DNA of 15,112 nt from a virus (taxonomy: Duplodnaviria > Heunggongvirae > Uroviricota > Caudoviricetes): IMG/VR virus record IMGVR_UViG_2541047905_000022. One strand, 5' to 3'. Below the pieces are notes generated by a model. That model saw nothing but the letters and a program-made list of their open reading frames with translations. It was not told the DNA's origin and made no database searches. The position numbers and the translations under genes are program-made. Positions 7,585 to 14,785 of this stretch are shown in pieces (position 1 is the first letter of the stretch; every line of letters starts with the position of its first letter).

Positions 7585-7992
7585 TTACTGATGTTTGTTA
7601 CGTTTGCGAGCTTCTAGTAGCTCGGTGAATAGGCGATTAAAATTCTCAACGCGGGCACGGAGTTCGCTGATTTGTGCTTGCTGCTCTGATTTTGGAAGTG
7701 CGCGATACAATCGCAACATCTCCAACTCATCTTCCGATAAGTCTAAGGCGCTGTTGAGTGCTACTGGTGGATCTGGTGTTTTATCCTCGTCACCAAACAG
7801 TATCCAAGTTGGTGAACATTGCAATACCTCAGCCAGGCGATGCAAATTTTGCCCGCGCGGGGCTGTATGGTCGCTTTCCCATAGTGAAATTGATGAGCCA
7901 GATACGCCAGCGGCTTTGCTTAAATCGTTTTGACTTAAACCAACCTGTTTGCGTCTTTCTCTAATTCGTTGACCTAAAGTTTTCTCGTTCAT
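7585..7992 (-). CDS. dicA: Prophage repressor, DicA-like HTH XRE-family protein, 135 aa
   Basis: ORF 7585..7992; N-terminal HTH LGQRIRERRKQVGLSQNDLSKAAGVSGSSISLWE; the segment VLQCSPTWILFGDEDK and the C-terminal RARVENFN..LFTELLEARKR match my recollection of E. coli DicA (also 135 aa); divergent from a Cro-like gene. Confidence 0.9.
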   Translation of the reverse strand: MNEKTLGQRIRERRKQVGLSQNDLSKAAGVSGSSISLWESDHTAPRGQNLHRLAEVLQCSPTWILFGDEDKTPDPPVALNSALDLSEDELEMLRLYRALPKSEQQAQISELRARVENFNRLFTELLEARKRNKHQ

Positions 7993-8069
7993 ATTTAGAT
8001 ATCTTAATAACCCTTGACTTGAGATTCCTTGAATGATTACTATTGAGAAAACTCAACTTTGGAGGGGTG
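7993..8069. promoter_or_regulatory. Divergent immunity-region promoter/operator (OR-like) between dicA-like and dicC-like genes
   Basis: Rightward -35 TTGACT (8014-8019), 18-nt spacer, -10 TACTAT (8038-8043); operator-like palindrome TTGAGAAAACTCAA (8043-8056) at the predicted start site; 8-bp palindrome AGATATCT at 7997-8004; GGAGG Shine-Dalgarno at 8061-8065. Confidence 0.55.
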
Positions 8070-8297
8070 ATGTTTAAATCAGACGTAATTAATTTTTATG
8101 GGACGAAAGCCAAAGTAGCGAAAGCTGCTGGTGTTGATCCATCTGCTGTTTCTCAATGGGGGGAACTGGTTCCTGAAGGTCGCGCGATGCGCCTGCAAGA
8201 GGCATCCGTCGGGGAACTTCAGTACGACCCCAAAGTTTATGACGAATATCGTAAGGCAAAGCGGGCGGGGCGGTTGAACAATGAAAATCACCCCTGA
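8070..8297 (+). CDS. dicC: DicC-like Cro-type small regulator, 75 aa
   Basis: ATG at 8070 after GGAGG; product MFKSDVINFYGTKAKVAKAAGVDPSAVSQWGELVPEGRAMRLQEASVGELQYDPKVYDEYRK... resembles my recollection of DicC (76 aa); divergent from the repressor. The ORF-track start at 8043 is a TTG inside the promoter. Confidence 0.8.
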   Translation: MFKSDVINFYGTKAKVAKAAGVDPSAVSQWGELVPEGRAMRLQEASVGELQYDPKVYDEYRKAKRAGRLNNENHP

Positions 8298-8832
8298 ACA
8301 GGTTTGTGAGGCTCTGGATGCCTGGGTATGTCGACCAGGAATGACACAGGAGCAAGCGACGATATTAATCACGGAAGCATTCTGGGCTCTGAAAGAACGC
8401 CCGAACATCGATGTTCAACGCGTCACGTTTAATGATGGCGAGGTTGATCAACGGGCGCTGGGCGTTAACCGGGTGAAGATATTCGAACGCTGGAAAGCTA
8501 TCGACACCAGGGATAAGCGGAAAAAATTCACGGCGCTGATTCCGGCAATTATGGAGGCTATCCGAATTAGTGATTTCAGGTTGTATCGTGAGATCAGTGA
8601 TGGAAAAAGCATTACGTACATGATCGCCGGATTAAACAAAGAATATGGCGATGTGGTGGAGTCCGGGCTGCTTTTTGCGGATCCAGCTGTTGTGGAACGT
8701 GAGACTGACGAGCTTATAGAAAAAGCTATTGCTTTCAAGCATGCGTATCGTCAGCAATATCAATATTACTTTGCAGATAAACAAATGTCTGCCAGGGGTT
8801 TGTATGAGTATCGATGCACTACGATGGGCTAA
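8281..8832 (+). CDS. YdaT-family protein (CII-like / toxin YdaT domain), 183 aa
   Basis: ORF 8281..8832; segment RVKIFERWKAIDTRDKRKKFTALIPAIMEAI parallels the Rac YdaT motif (KIFRW..KD......ALLPAIEKS); overlaps the dicC-like 3' end by 17 nt, as in ydaS-ydaT pairs. Confidence 0.7.
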   Translation: MKITPEQVCEALDAWVCRPGMTQEQATILITEAFWALKERPNIDVQRVTFNDGEVDQRALGVNRVKIFERWKAIDTRDKRKKFTALIPAIMEAIRISDFRLYREISDGKSITYMIAGLNKEYGDVVESGLLFADPAVVERETDELIEKAIAFKHAYRQQYQYYFADKQMSARGLYEYRCTTMG

Positions 8833-9844
8833 AAAGGTGAAAACCGGCAGTTCATCCAGTAAGTCTGTATTGACCTGGCTTGCTGATATGTGCGGTGCCG
8901 ATTTGTGTGCATACCCGTCTGTATCTGCACTGGCAGAAGTAACGGAACTAAACAAAAAGACTGTGCAGGACAGCTTACGACACCTGATGGAGATTGGGTT
9001 AATTGTTGATACCGGTGAGAGAAAAGGCAGAACAAAGCAAATTGTGGTGTACCGACTTATCGGTGTAGAAGAAAGTGTTGCCGAGCCTGAATACACCCAA
9101 AAACGGGAGTCTTTAAAGGTGGGTAAAATTGGTGCTGTTAATAAAAACAGTACCGAAAATGGTTATGTTTCAGCACAAAACAGACCCAAAAACGGAACTC
9201 TTAGCTGCATGGAAAATAACCAAAGACACCCAAATTTTCCATCAAAGACACCCAAAAACGGATCACGGAACCCAAAGGAACCCAAAGATCTAAACCCCAC
9301 ACATAACGCACGCGAGAGTGCTCCGACCAGTGAGCAGGAAGTTTTGTCGTTACAGGCAGCACCCCTTGTATTCCTGGATGGCCTGAGCGAACCCATCGGA
9401 AAATTTCCGATGACCGATAGCTGGTATCCGTCACGGGATTTTCGACGACGGGCTGCGTTGTGGGGGATGGCTTTGCCGGAGACAGAATTTACACCTGCTG
9501 AACTTGCCGCCTTCCGGGACTACTGGGCAGCGGAGGGGAAAGTGTTTACTCAGATTCAGTGGGAGCAGAAATTCGCCCGTCACGTAAATCACGTCAGGGC
9601 GCAGGTTAAACCAGTCAGCAAGGGGGTAAACCATGCAGCAGCACCAGGTGGCACCGCATCACGGGCAGTTCAGGAAATTCGGGCAGCACGTGAGCAGTGG
9701 GAACGTGAAAACGGATTTATCAGCGACGGAAACGGTCTGGAAGCTGTGGGAACTCATGGGGGAGGTTTATTCGAACCGCTGGACCCAGAAGAACGGGGCC
9801 GCACCTTCGAAGCTCTGGATTGCACAGATTGGCGCGATGACTGA
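8804..9844 (+). CDS. Phage replication initiation protein (lambda O-like replisome organizer; N-terminal HTH, central linker, C-terminal DnaT-like region), 346 aa
   Basis: ORF 8729..9844 trimmed to ATG 8804 (AGGGG Shine-Dalgarno upstream); N-terminus MSIDALRWAKKVKTGSSSSKSVLTWLADMCGADLCAYPSVSALAEVTELNKKTVQDSLRHLMEIGLI is typical of phage replication-protein N-terminal domains; iteron-like repeats lie inside the gene; the P-like gene follows. Confidence 0.8.
   Translation: MSIDALRWAKKVKTGSSSSKSVLTWLADMCGADLCAYPSVSALAEVTELNKKTVQDSLRHLMEIGLIVDTGERKGRTKQIVVYRLIGVEESVAEPEYTQKRESLKVGKIGAVNKNSTENGYVSAQNRPKNGTLSCMENNQRHPNFPSKTPKNGSRNPKEPKDLNPTHNARESAPTSEQEVLSLQAAPLVFLDGLSEPIGKFPMTDSWYPSRDFRRRAALWGMALPETEFTPAELAAFRDYWAAEGKVFTQIQWEQKFARHVNHVRAQVKPVSKGVNHAAAPGGTASRAVQEIRAAREQWERENGFISDGNGLEAVGTHGGGLFEPLDPEERGRTFEALDCTDWRDD
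9182..9290. repeat. Iteron-like direct repeats (candidate phage origin of replication inside the O-like gene)
   Basis: Five copies of (A/G)ACCCAAA-containing repeats: AGACCCAAAAACGGA (9182-9196), AGACACCCAAA (9225-9235), AGACACCCAAAAACGGA (9247-9263), GAACCCAAAGGA (9268-9279), GAACCCAAAGATC (9278-9290); they fall in the linker between the two domains of the replication protein, as in lambda ori. Confidence 0.5.
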
Positions 9845-10298
9845 GCAGCAAATCCGACAGGTCTGCCGCCAGTGCATGGACCGCTGCCGGGCGGGTGAAA
9901 CATGGCCTCCGGACCTGGCTGAGTTTGTGGCGCTGATTTCAGAAAGCGGGGCCAATCCATTTGGCCTGACGGTGGATGCTGTGATGGAGGAGTACCGCCG
10001 CTGGCGTGATGAGTCCTGGCGATATGACGGAAGCGACAAATATCCGTGGCCTCAGCCTGTGCTGTACCACATCTGCCTCGAAATGCGTACCAGAGGGATT
10101 GAGCGCCAGATGACGCAGGGTGAGTTAAAACGACTTGCGGAACGGCAACTGACGAAATGGGCAAAGCATGTTGGTAACGGGATGAGTGTTCCGCCAGTGC
10201 GACGACAACTGGAAGGGGCGAAACACCCGCAAGGGCCAACGCCAATTGAACGGCTGAAACAGGAATACGAACGCCGGAAGGCAGCTGGTTTTATTTGA
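9633..10298 (+). CDS. Lambda P-like replication protein (helicase loader), 221 aa
   Basis: ORF 9633..10298 with a strong AGGGGG Shine-Dalgarno 6 nt upstream; region YPWPQPVLYHICLEMRTRGIERQMTQGELKRLAERQLTKWAKHV aligns with lambda P (SYPWKSNAHYWLVTNLYQNMRANALTDAELRRKAADELVHMTARI). The start is uncertain (alternatives at 9756 and 9837); as drawn it overlaps the O-like gene by 212 nt in another frame. Confidence 0.7.
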   Translation: MQQHQVAPHHGQFRKFGQHVSSGNVKTDLSATETVWKLWELMGEVYSNRWTQKNGAAPSKLWIAQIGAMTEQQIRQVCRQCMDRCRAGETWPPDLAEFVALISESGANPFGLTVDAVMEEYRRWRDESWRYDGSDKYPWPQPVLYHICLEMRTRGIERQMTQGELKRLAERQLTKWAKHVGNGMSVPPVRRQLEGAKHPQGPTPIERLKQEYERRKAAGFI

Positions 10299-10331
10299 AT
10301 CTGAGAAACGATTTTGTCGGAGGAAATTTTA

Positions 10332-11102
10332 ATGGAAACCGTATTTGACGCACTGAAAGCAATGGGAAAAGCCACATCGGTAGAACTGGCCGCGCGACTT
10401 GATATCAGTCGTGAAGAGGTTCTCAACGAGCTGTGGGAACTCAAAAGAAATGGCGTCGTTGATAAAACTGGTCACACCTGGTTTCTGGCTGGCGAAGGTG
10501 AATCCCGGGTAACCGAAGAGCGGCCAGTAAAATCTGAAGCACAGGATATGCTGACCGGGGAGGTCGAACAAAAAGTTACCGCAGACATGATGATTGAGTT
10601 TATCGGTCAGGATGGGGCTAAAACGTGTGAGGAACTGGCGGGTAAGTTCGGTGTCAGTACTCGCAAGGTTGCTTCCACGCTGGCGGTGGTAACCGCAACG
10701 GGGCGGCTGGCACGCGTTAATCAGAACGGTAAATTTCGTTACTGCATGCCGGGCGATAATTTACCAGCAGAGCCGAAAGCCGCGCTGGTAACGGAAAGTG
10801 ATGGTAAGGCCTTTCCTCAGCCAGCAGGTGCTGCGTTACCAGTCCGGGAAGCCGCAACACAGGAAGAAATTAAAACAGAAACTGTGGCGGACATTGTGCA
10901 GCCGTTGCCATCGTTTACCGAAACGCAAGCAGATGAGCTGATTTTTCCGTCCCTTCGCAGGGCAAACCTGGCGCTGCGCAGGGCGAAAAGTGATGTTCAG
11001 AAGTGGGAGCGAGTCTGCGCCGCGCTGCGGGAGCTGAACAAGCACCGGGATATTGTTCGACAGATTACTGATTCTTCCCGCCGTGTTGTATCGGAAAAGT
11101 GA
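10332..11102 (+). CDS. DUF1627-like phage protein with N-terminal winged-helix, 256 aa
   Basis: ORF 10314..11102 trimmed to ATG 10332 (GGAGGA Shine-Dalgarno 7 nt upstream); N-terminus [43 protein letters not shown] is winged-helix-like; position after O/P is typical for this prophage family. Confidence 0.7.
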   Translation: METVFDALKAMGKATSVELAARLDISREEVLNELWELKRNGVVDKTGHTWFLAGEGESRVTEERPVKSEAQDMLTGEVEQKVTADMMIEFIGQDGAKTCEELAGKFGVSTRKVASTLAVVTATGRLARVNQNGKFRYCMPGDNLPAEPKAALVTESDGKAFPQPAGAALPVREAATQEEIKTETVADIVQPLPSFTETQADELIFPSLRRANLALRRAKSDVQKWERVCAALRELNKHRDIVRQITDSSRRVVSEK

Positions 11103-11117
11103 TTGCCGGAGGCGCTT

Positions 11118-11543
11118 ATGGCAAAAGTATTTACACAAGAAGAGCGGGAAAAAATTAAAGGGCAGGTTGTTGAACTTGTACGTCTGAGCGGTCGCGAGAC
11201 GTTGCGGCAACTGGAAGCCAAGACAGGTGCGACAAGATATCTGATGAGTGTTCTCGCCAGAGAGCTGGTTGCCAGTGGCGATGTATACAACTCTGGTTAC
11301 GGGTTATTCCCGTCTGAACAGGCGCGTAAGGACTGGCAAAATGCTCGCAAAAAACTCTCAAGGGCAAAGGTGAAGAAACCTGCAGTGGTTGATCCGGACC
11401 TTATCTGGTCGTTACCAGACGGCGAAATACGCCGCTACGACAGGCGCCTGAATATAATCTGTCGCGAGTGCCGGAAGAGCGAAGCTATGCAGCGTGTACT
11501 GGCATTTTATCAAGGAAATGTTAGGTATTTTAGACGTTACTAG
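11118..11543 (+). CDS. Hypothetical phage protein, 141 aa
   Basis: ORF 11103..11543 trimmed to ATG 11118 (GGAGG Shine-Dalgarno 5 nt upstream); starts 16 nt after the previous gene's stop; basic C-terminus with a CRECR motif; no family recognised. Confidence 0.65.
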   Translation: MAKVFTQEEREKIKGQVVELVRLSGRETLRQLEAKTGATRYLMSVLARELVASGDVYNSGYGLFPSEQARKDWQNARKKLSRAKVKKPAVVDPDLIWSLPDGEIRRYDRRLNIICRECRKSEAMQRVLAFYQGNVRYFRRY

Positions 11544-11696
11544 ATTAAAGAGCATTAGTTCAGATGTGAATTGACATTTTCATGGCGCAGGGTAGAGCCA
11601 GCGTGGTTGTCCGCTTTGCGTCAAAACCAGATATTACCAGATTTAGACATATATTCCCGATAGCCCTGCTCTGATGCTACACTCTGTGCTATTTTC

Positions 11697-12383
11697 ATGA
11701 CCCCAATAAAAATATTTATGACTATTGCTGATTTCAAACGGCCTAAATTGGAGCTCCCAAACGGGGCAAACAAACTACTACTGCACTCTTGCTGTGCTCC
11801 ATGTTCCGGTGAAGTGATGGAGGCGCTTCAGGCCTCGGGAATCGACTACACCATCTTTTTCTACAACCCGAACATTCATCCTCAGAAAGAGTATTTAATT
11901 CGTAAGGATGAAAATATTCGCTTTGCTGAACAACACGGCGTGCCGTTTATCGATGCTGATTACGACACCGACAACTGGTTTGAACGTGCCAAAGGAATGG
12001 AATGGGAGCCTGAGAGGGGGATCCGTTGTACCATGTGTTTTGACATGCGTTTTGAGCGGACAGCGTTGTACGCTGCTGAAAATGGTTTCAGTGTGATCAG
12101 CAGTTCACTGGGCATTTCACGCTGGAAAAATATGCAGCAGGTTAACGAGTGTGGGCGGCGAGCTGTTGCGCATTATCCGGGTATGGTGTACTGGGATTAT
12201 AACTGGCGCAAGCAGGGCGGCTCGTCCCGTATGATTGAAATCAGCAAGCGCGAAAAATTCTATCAGCAGGAATATTGTGGCTGTGTGTATTCTCTGCGCG
12301 ATACCAATCTACACCGCAAATCTCAGGGACGCCCTCTTATCAAAATTGGCCAACTCCACTACGGAAAAGAAGAGAAGGAGTGA
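11697..12383 (+). CDS. queH: Epoxyqueuosine reductase QueH (DUF208 family), 228 aa
   Basis: ORF 11697..12383; hallmark QueH motifs [14 protein letters not shown] (N-terminal), [15 protein letters not shown] (central) and [13 protein letters not shown] (C-terminal). No clear Shine-Dalgarno before either candidate ATG (11697 or 11718), so the start is uncertain. Confidence 0.8.
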   Translation: MTPIKIFMTIADFKRPKLELPNGANKLLLHSCCAPCSGEVMEALQASGIDYTIFFYNPNIHPQKEYLIRKDENIRFAEQHGVPFIDADYDTDNWFERAKGMEWEPERGIRCTMCFDMRFERTALYAAENGFSVISSSLGISRWKNMQQVNECGRRAVAHYPGMVYWDYNWRKQGGSSRMIEISKREKFYQQEYCGCVYSLRDTNLHRKSQGRPLIKIGQLHYGKEEKE

Positions 12384-12415
12384 TTTTATGGATCACCTTT
12401 CTGATTGATTTCATA

Positions 12416-12444
12416 TTGGCGAGGTGACGTGAGTTAAGTAGAAT
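12416..12444 (+). promoter_or_regulatory. Candidate promoter of the hok-type toxin mRNA
   Basis: -35 TTGGCG (12416-12421), 17-nt spacer, -10 TAGAAT (12439-12444); the predicted transcript 5' end GGCTGCGGGTGCTTGAGG (about 12446-12463) is near-complementary to the 3' region CCTCAACGCACCCGCA (about 12826-12841), a fold-back-inhibition arrangement typical of hok mRNAs. Confidence 0.4.
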
Positions 12445-12499
12445 GGCTGCGGGTGCTTGAGGCTATCTGTCTCAGGCATGAACACTGAAAGGCAGATAG

Positions 12500-12572
12500 A
12501 GAAAAGCCCCAGTTAACATTTCGCGTCCTGCAAGACGCTTAACATTAATCTGAGGCCCAATCTATGTCTCAC
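12500..12572 (-). ncRNA. Candidate Sok-like antisense RNA of the hok locus
   Basis: Minus-strand -35 TTGCCT (12607..12602), 17-nt spacer, -10 TAACCT (12584..12579); the predicted antisense transcript would cover the GAGG Shine-Dalgarno (12552-12555) and in-frame upstream ATG (12564) of the hok leader. The 3' end is not defined; a GCGTC/GACGC hairpin lies at about 12522-12537. Confidence 0.3.
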
Positions 12573-12620
12573 AAATGTAGGTTAGCCTCTTACGTGCCGA
12601 AAGGCAAGGGGAAGCAGGCT

Positions 12621-12776
12621 ATGAAGCAGCAAAAGGCGATGTTAATCGCCCTGATCGTCATCTGTTTAACCGTCATTGTGACGGCACTGGTAACGAGGAA
12701 AGACCTCTGCGAGGTACGAATCCGAACCGGCCAGACGGAGGTCGCTGTCTTCACAGCTTACGAACCTGAGGAGTAA
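12621..12776 (+). CDS. hok: Hok/Gef family type I toxin (HokD/RelF-like), 51 aa
   Basis: ATG at 12621; product MKQQKAMLIALIVICLTVIVTALVTRKDLCEVRIRTGQTEVAVFTAYEPEE, which I recognise as Hok-family (essentially HokD/RelF); single transmembrane helix plus conserved C-terminal tail. The ORF track extends it in-frame to 12564 (70 aa), a mok-like upstream start. Confidence 0.85.
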   Translation: MKQQKAMLIALIVICLTVIVTALVTRKDLCEVRIRTGQTEVAVFTAYEPEE

Positions 12777-12845
12777 GAGACCCGGCGGGGGAGTAATCTC
12801 CCGCCACCTCTGATGTGCCAGGCATCCTCAACGCACCCGCACTTA

Positions 12846-12866
12846 ACCCGCTTCGGCGGGTTTTTG
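12846..12866 (+). terminator. Rho-independent terminator of the hok mRNA
   Basis: Stem CCCGC - loop TTCG - GCGGG (12847-12860) followed by TTTTT (12861-12865). Confidence 0.7.
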
Positions 12867-12877
12867 CATTAGTCTGG

Positions 12878-12906
12878 TTGACAAAAATAGAAAAATGCGA
12901 AAATAT
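12878..12906 (+). promoter_or_regulatory. Candidate promoter for the two-gene cassette
   Basis: Perfect -35 TTGACA at 12878-12883; 17-nt spacer; weak -10 AAATAT (12901-12906); about 36 nt upstream of the ATG at 12942. Confidence 0.35.
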
Positions 12907-12941
12907 GTGGTTTACGAATTCTAAAAAAAGCGAAACTTGAA

Positions 12942-13592
12942 ATGAATGAAAATCAGTTAGCTCCTTGTTGGGAATTTCAACCTTATCTTGCTGAAAACTA
13001 TGTTCGCCACTTGTTGGCGGAGATCGCTAACGTACTTGAGCAGCTGTACTATCATAAGCACGCATTAGACAGCAACTGGTCTGAAGGTGTAAGGGCTTAT
13101 GATTGGGTCAGAAATCATCTTATTCAAAATGAAGATGCAATTCCTGGCCTTGAGATGATTTCCAAGGGGTTGGACTATGTAGTTGCTTTAAATAAAGTTC
13201 CGCTACAATTTACCAAAGATTGCATTAATAACCCCAAAAAGAAACATCGTCTGCGTCGAAATAAAGTAGAGTATGAGCAGCTCTCATTGTTTGGTGATGT
13301 TGAGGCTGAGCAAGATATTACATGGCGAGTCATAGCTGAGCCTTTTTTATCCGAAGAGGGCGATGGTGAATTAGAGTCCACACTGCCTCGTTGGGAGGTA
13401 GCTCTTGTTGGATTTAATACTTATGGTGCTCAGATTAGTATAGTTTCTCATCAATCTACAGCATCGATGCCGCTTATGCCTCTTGATTATAACACACTCC
13501 CTGACGAAGCGGAGATTAATAAGGTGCCTCTTCGTCGGCGTACGAAGGATAAAGATTTGGATGTGAGCAGTGATGGAACATCAGGTGAATAA
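12942..13592 (+). CDS. Hypothetical protein of unknown function, 216 aa (first gene of a two-gene cassette)
   Basis: ORF 12942..13592; no family recognised; helical N-terminal half, basic patch KKKHRLRRNK, acidic C-terminal tail; visibly more AT-rich than the flanking replication genes; 3' end overlaps the next gene by 20 nt. Confidence 0.7.
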   Translation: MNENQLAPCWEFQPYLAENYVRHLLAEIANVLEQLYYHKHALDSNWSEGVRAYDWVRNHLIQNEDAIPGLEMISKGLDYVVALNKVPLQFTKDCINNPKKKHRLRRNKVEYEQLSLFGDVEAEQDITWRVIAEPFLSEEGDGELESTLPRWEVALVGFNTYGAQISIVSHQSTASMPLMPLDYNTLPDEAEINKVPLRRRTKDKDLDVSSDGTSGE

Positions 13593-14676
13593 CTTCACTG
13601 AGTATCGGGGTGATAAGCTCAAACTAGCGAGAATGGCTGTTGGGCTTTCTTGTGAAGAGTTAGCCGAAAAAATTGGCAAGACAAAGCAATTCGTTAGCAA
13701 ACTGGAGAAGGGGTGCAGGCCATCGGAGCAATGTCTTGAGTTAATATCTTCAGCGCTTATGATTAAGTCCAGTTTTCTTTTTACTGAACGAAAATACGCT
13801 CTGGAAAGTGATGTCTGCCATTTTCGGAGTAAGAAGTCCAGGACTCAAACGCTGACTAATAGTGTATTGGCCAGGGCTGAGATTCTTAATATTATAATTT
13901 CTGCTGTTGAAGGTGAAATCGAATTTCCTGACGTTAACATACCGGAGCACCCAGGGGCTGAATTACTTACTCCGAATGATATTGAGCGAGTGGCAGAAGA
14001 TTGTCGCCGTGCCTGGAATTTAGGTCTTGGCCCTATATCATCAATGGTTAAATTGGCGGAGAGTTTAGGGGTAATCGTTGCGCATGTTACGGGAGTCGAT
14101 GATCGTGTTGATGCTTTTACTGTTCACAATAACAGGCCTGTTATCATCAGGAACAATGTTAAAAAAAGCATATGTAGATTTCGCTCTGATTTAGGTCATG
14201 AATTAGGGCATTTAGTAATGCATGAGGGCATAACGACAGGTGATAAACTTACGGAATCACAAGCCGATCACTTTTCGAGCGCCTTATTAGTTCCCAGGTT
14301 ATCTTTCATTAAAGAATTTCCACGAATACGAGGTAAGCAATTCGACTGGAATGCTCTGGTTGAATTTAAACTTAGATGGAAAATCAGCCTTAAAATGTGT
14401 ATTTATCGAGCCAGCGCATTAGGCTTATTGACCCAGGAACAGGCAAGAACTGGCTATATGCATCTTAATTCCAGAGGGTATACGAGAGTTGAACCTGGTG
14501 ATGAACTTTTGCGCCCTGAAGAACCCGGCATGCTGGCCGAGGCGATTGAAATGCTGGATGATGCAACCTGGCTAAGAATTCTTATGAAAACTGGCTTGAG
14601 CCAAGATTTAATTCGTGAGTTGTTCTCCATCAACAGACCTATTACAAATCCAAGAAATATTTTCCAGATTGTTTGA
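13573..14676 (+). CDS. HTH XRE-family regulator fused to ImmA/IrrE-type (M78, COG2856) zinc metallopeptidase domain, 367 aa
   Basis: ORF 13570..14676 with ATG at 13573; N-terminal HTH LKLARMAVGLSCEELAEKIGKTKQFVSKLEKG; peptidase HEXXH motif in DLGHELGHLVMHE; domain order HTH then ImmA-like is the fused version of ImmR/ImmA or CapH/CapP-type regulator pairs. Confidence 0.8.
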   Translation: MEHQVNNFTEYRGDKLKLARMAVGLSCEELAEKIGKTKQFVSKLEKGCRPSEQCLELISSALMIKSSFLFTERKYALESDVCHFRSKKSRTQTLTNSVLARAEILNIIISAVEGEIEFPDVNIPEHPGAELLTPNDIERVAEDCRRAWNLGLGPISSMVKLAESLGVIVAHVTGVDDRVDAFTVHNNRPVIIRNNVKKSICRFRSDLGHELGHLVMHEGITTGDKLTESQADHFSSALLVPRLSFIKEFPRIRGKQFDWNALVEFKLRWKISLKMCIYRASALGLLTQEQARTGYMHLNSRGYTRVEPGDELLRPEEPGMLAEAIEMLDDATWLRILMKTGLSQDLIRELFSINRPITNPRNIFQIV

Positions 14677-14681
14677 GTATA

Positions 14682-14706
14682 CCCGCTTCGGCGGGTTTTT
14701 TGTTTT
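14682..14706 (+). terminator. Rho-independent terminator after the HTH-peptidase gene
   Basis: Stem CCCGC - TTCG - GCGGG (14682-14695) followed by TTTTTTGTTTTT; the 20-nt core ACCCGCTTCGGCGGGTTTTT is identical to the terminator at 12846-12865. Confidence 0.7.
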
Positions 14707-14785
14707 TATTTTCAACGTGTTTGAAGTTTTGGACGGTGCCAGAATAGAATCAAAAATACTTAAGTAGCGCGCAGGGAGAAGAGGG

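Noticed and set aside
9163-9300. Possible CRISPR-like array suggested by the repeated short motifs
   Set aside because: Repeats are about 8-15 bp, irregularly spaced and inside a coding linker; this is an iteron cluster, not a repeat-spacer array. No CRISPR array is present in the window.
9163-10444. Minus-strand ORFs overlapping the O-like and P-like genes (for example 9754..10245, 10052..10444)
   Set aside because: Ser/Arg/Pro-rich antisense shadows of the replication genes with no start signals.
11571-11599. Perfect TTGACA hexamer upstream of queH as a promoter
   Set aside because: No acceptable -10 hexamer at 16-19 bp spacing (AGAGCC/GTAGAG), so I do not call a promoter here; queH may be expressed by read-through or from an unrecognised promoter.
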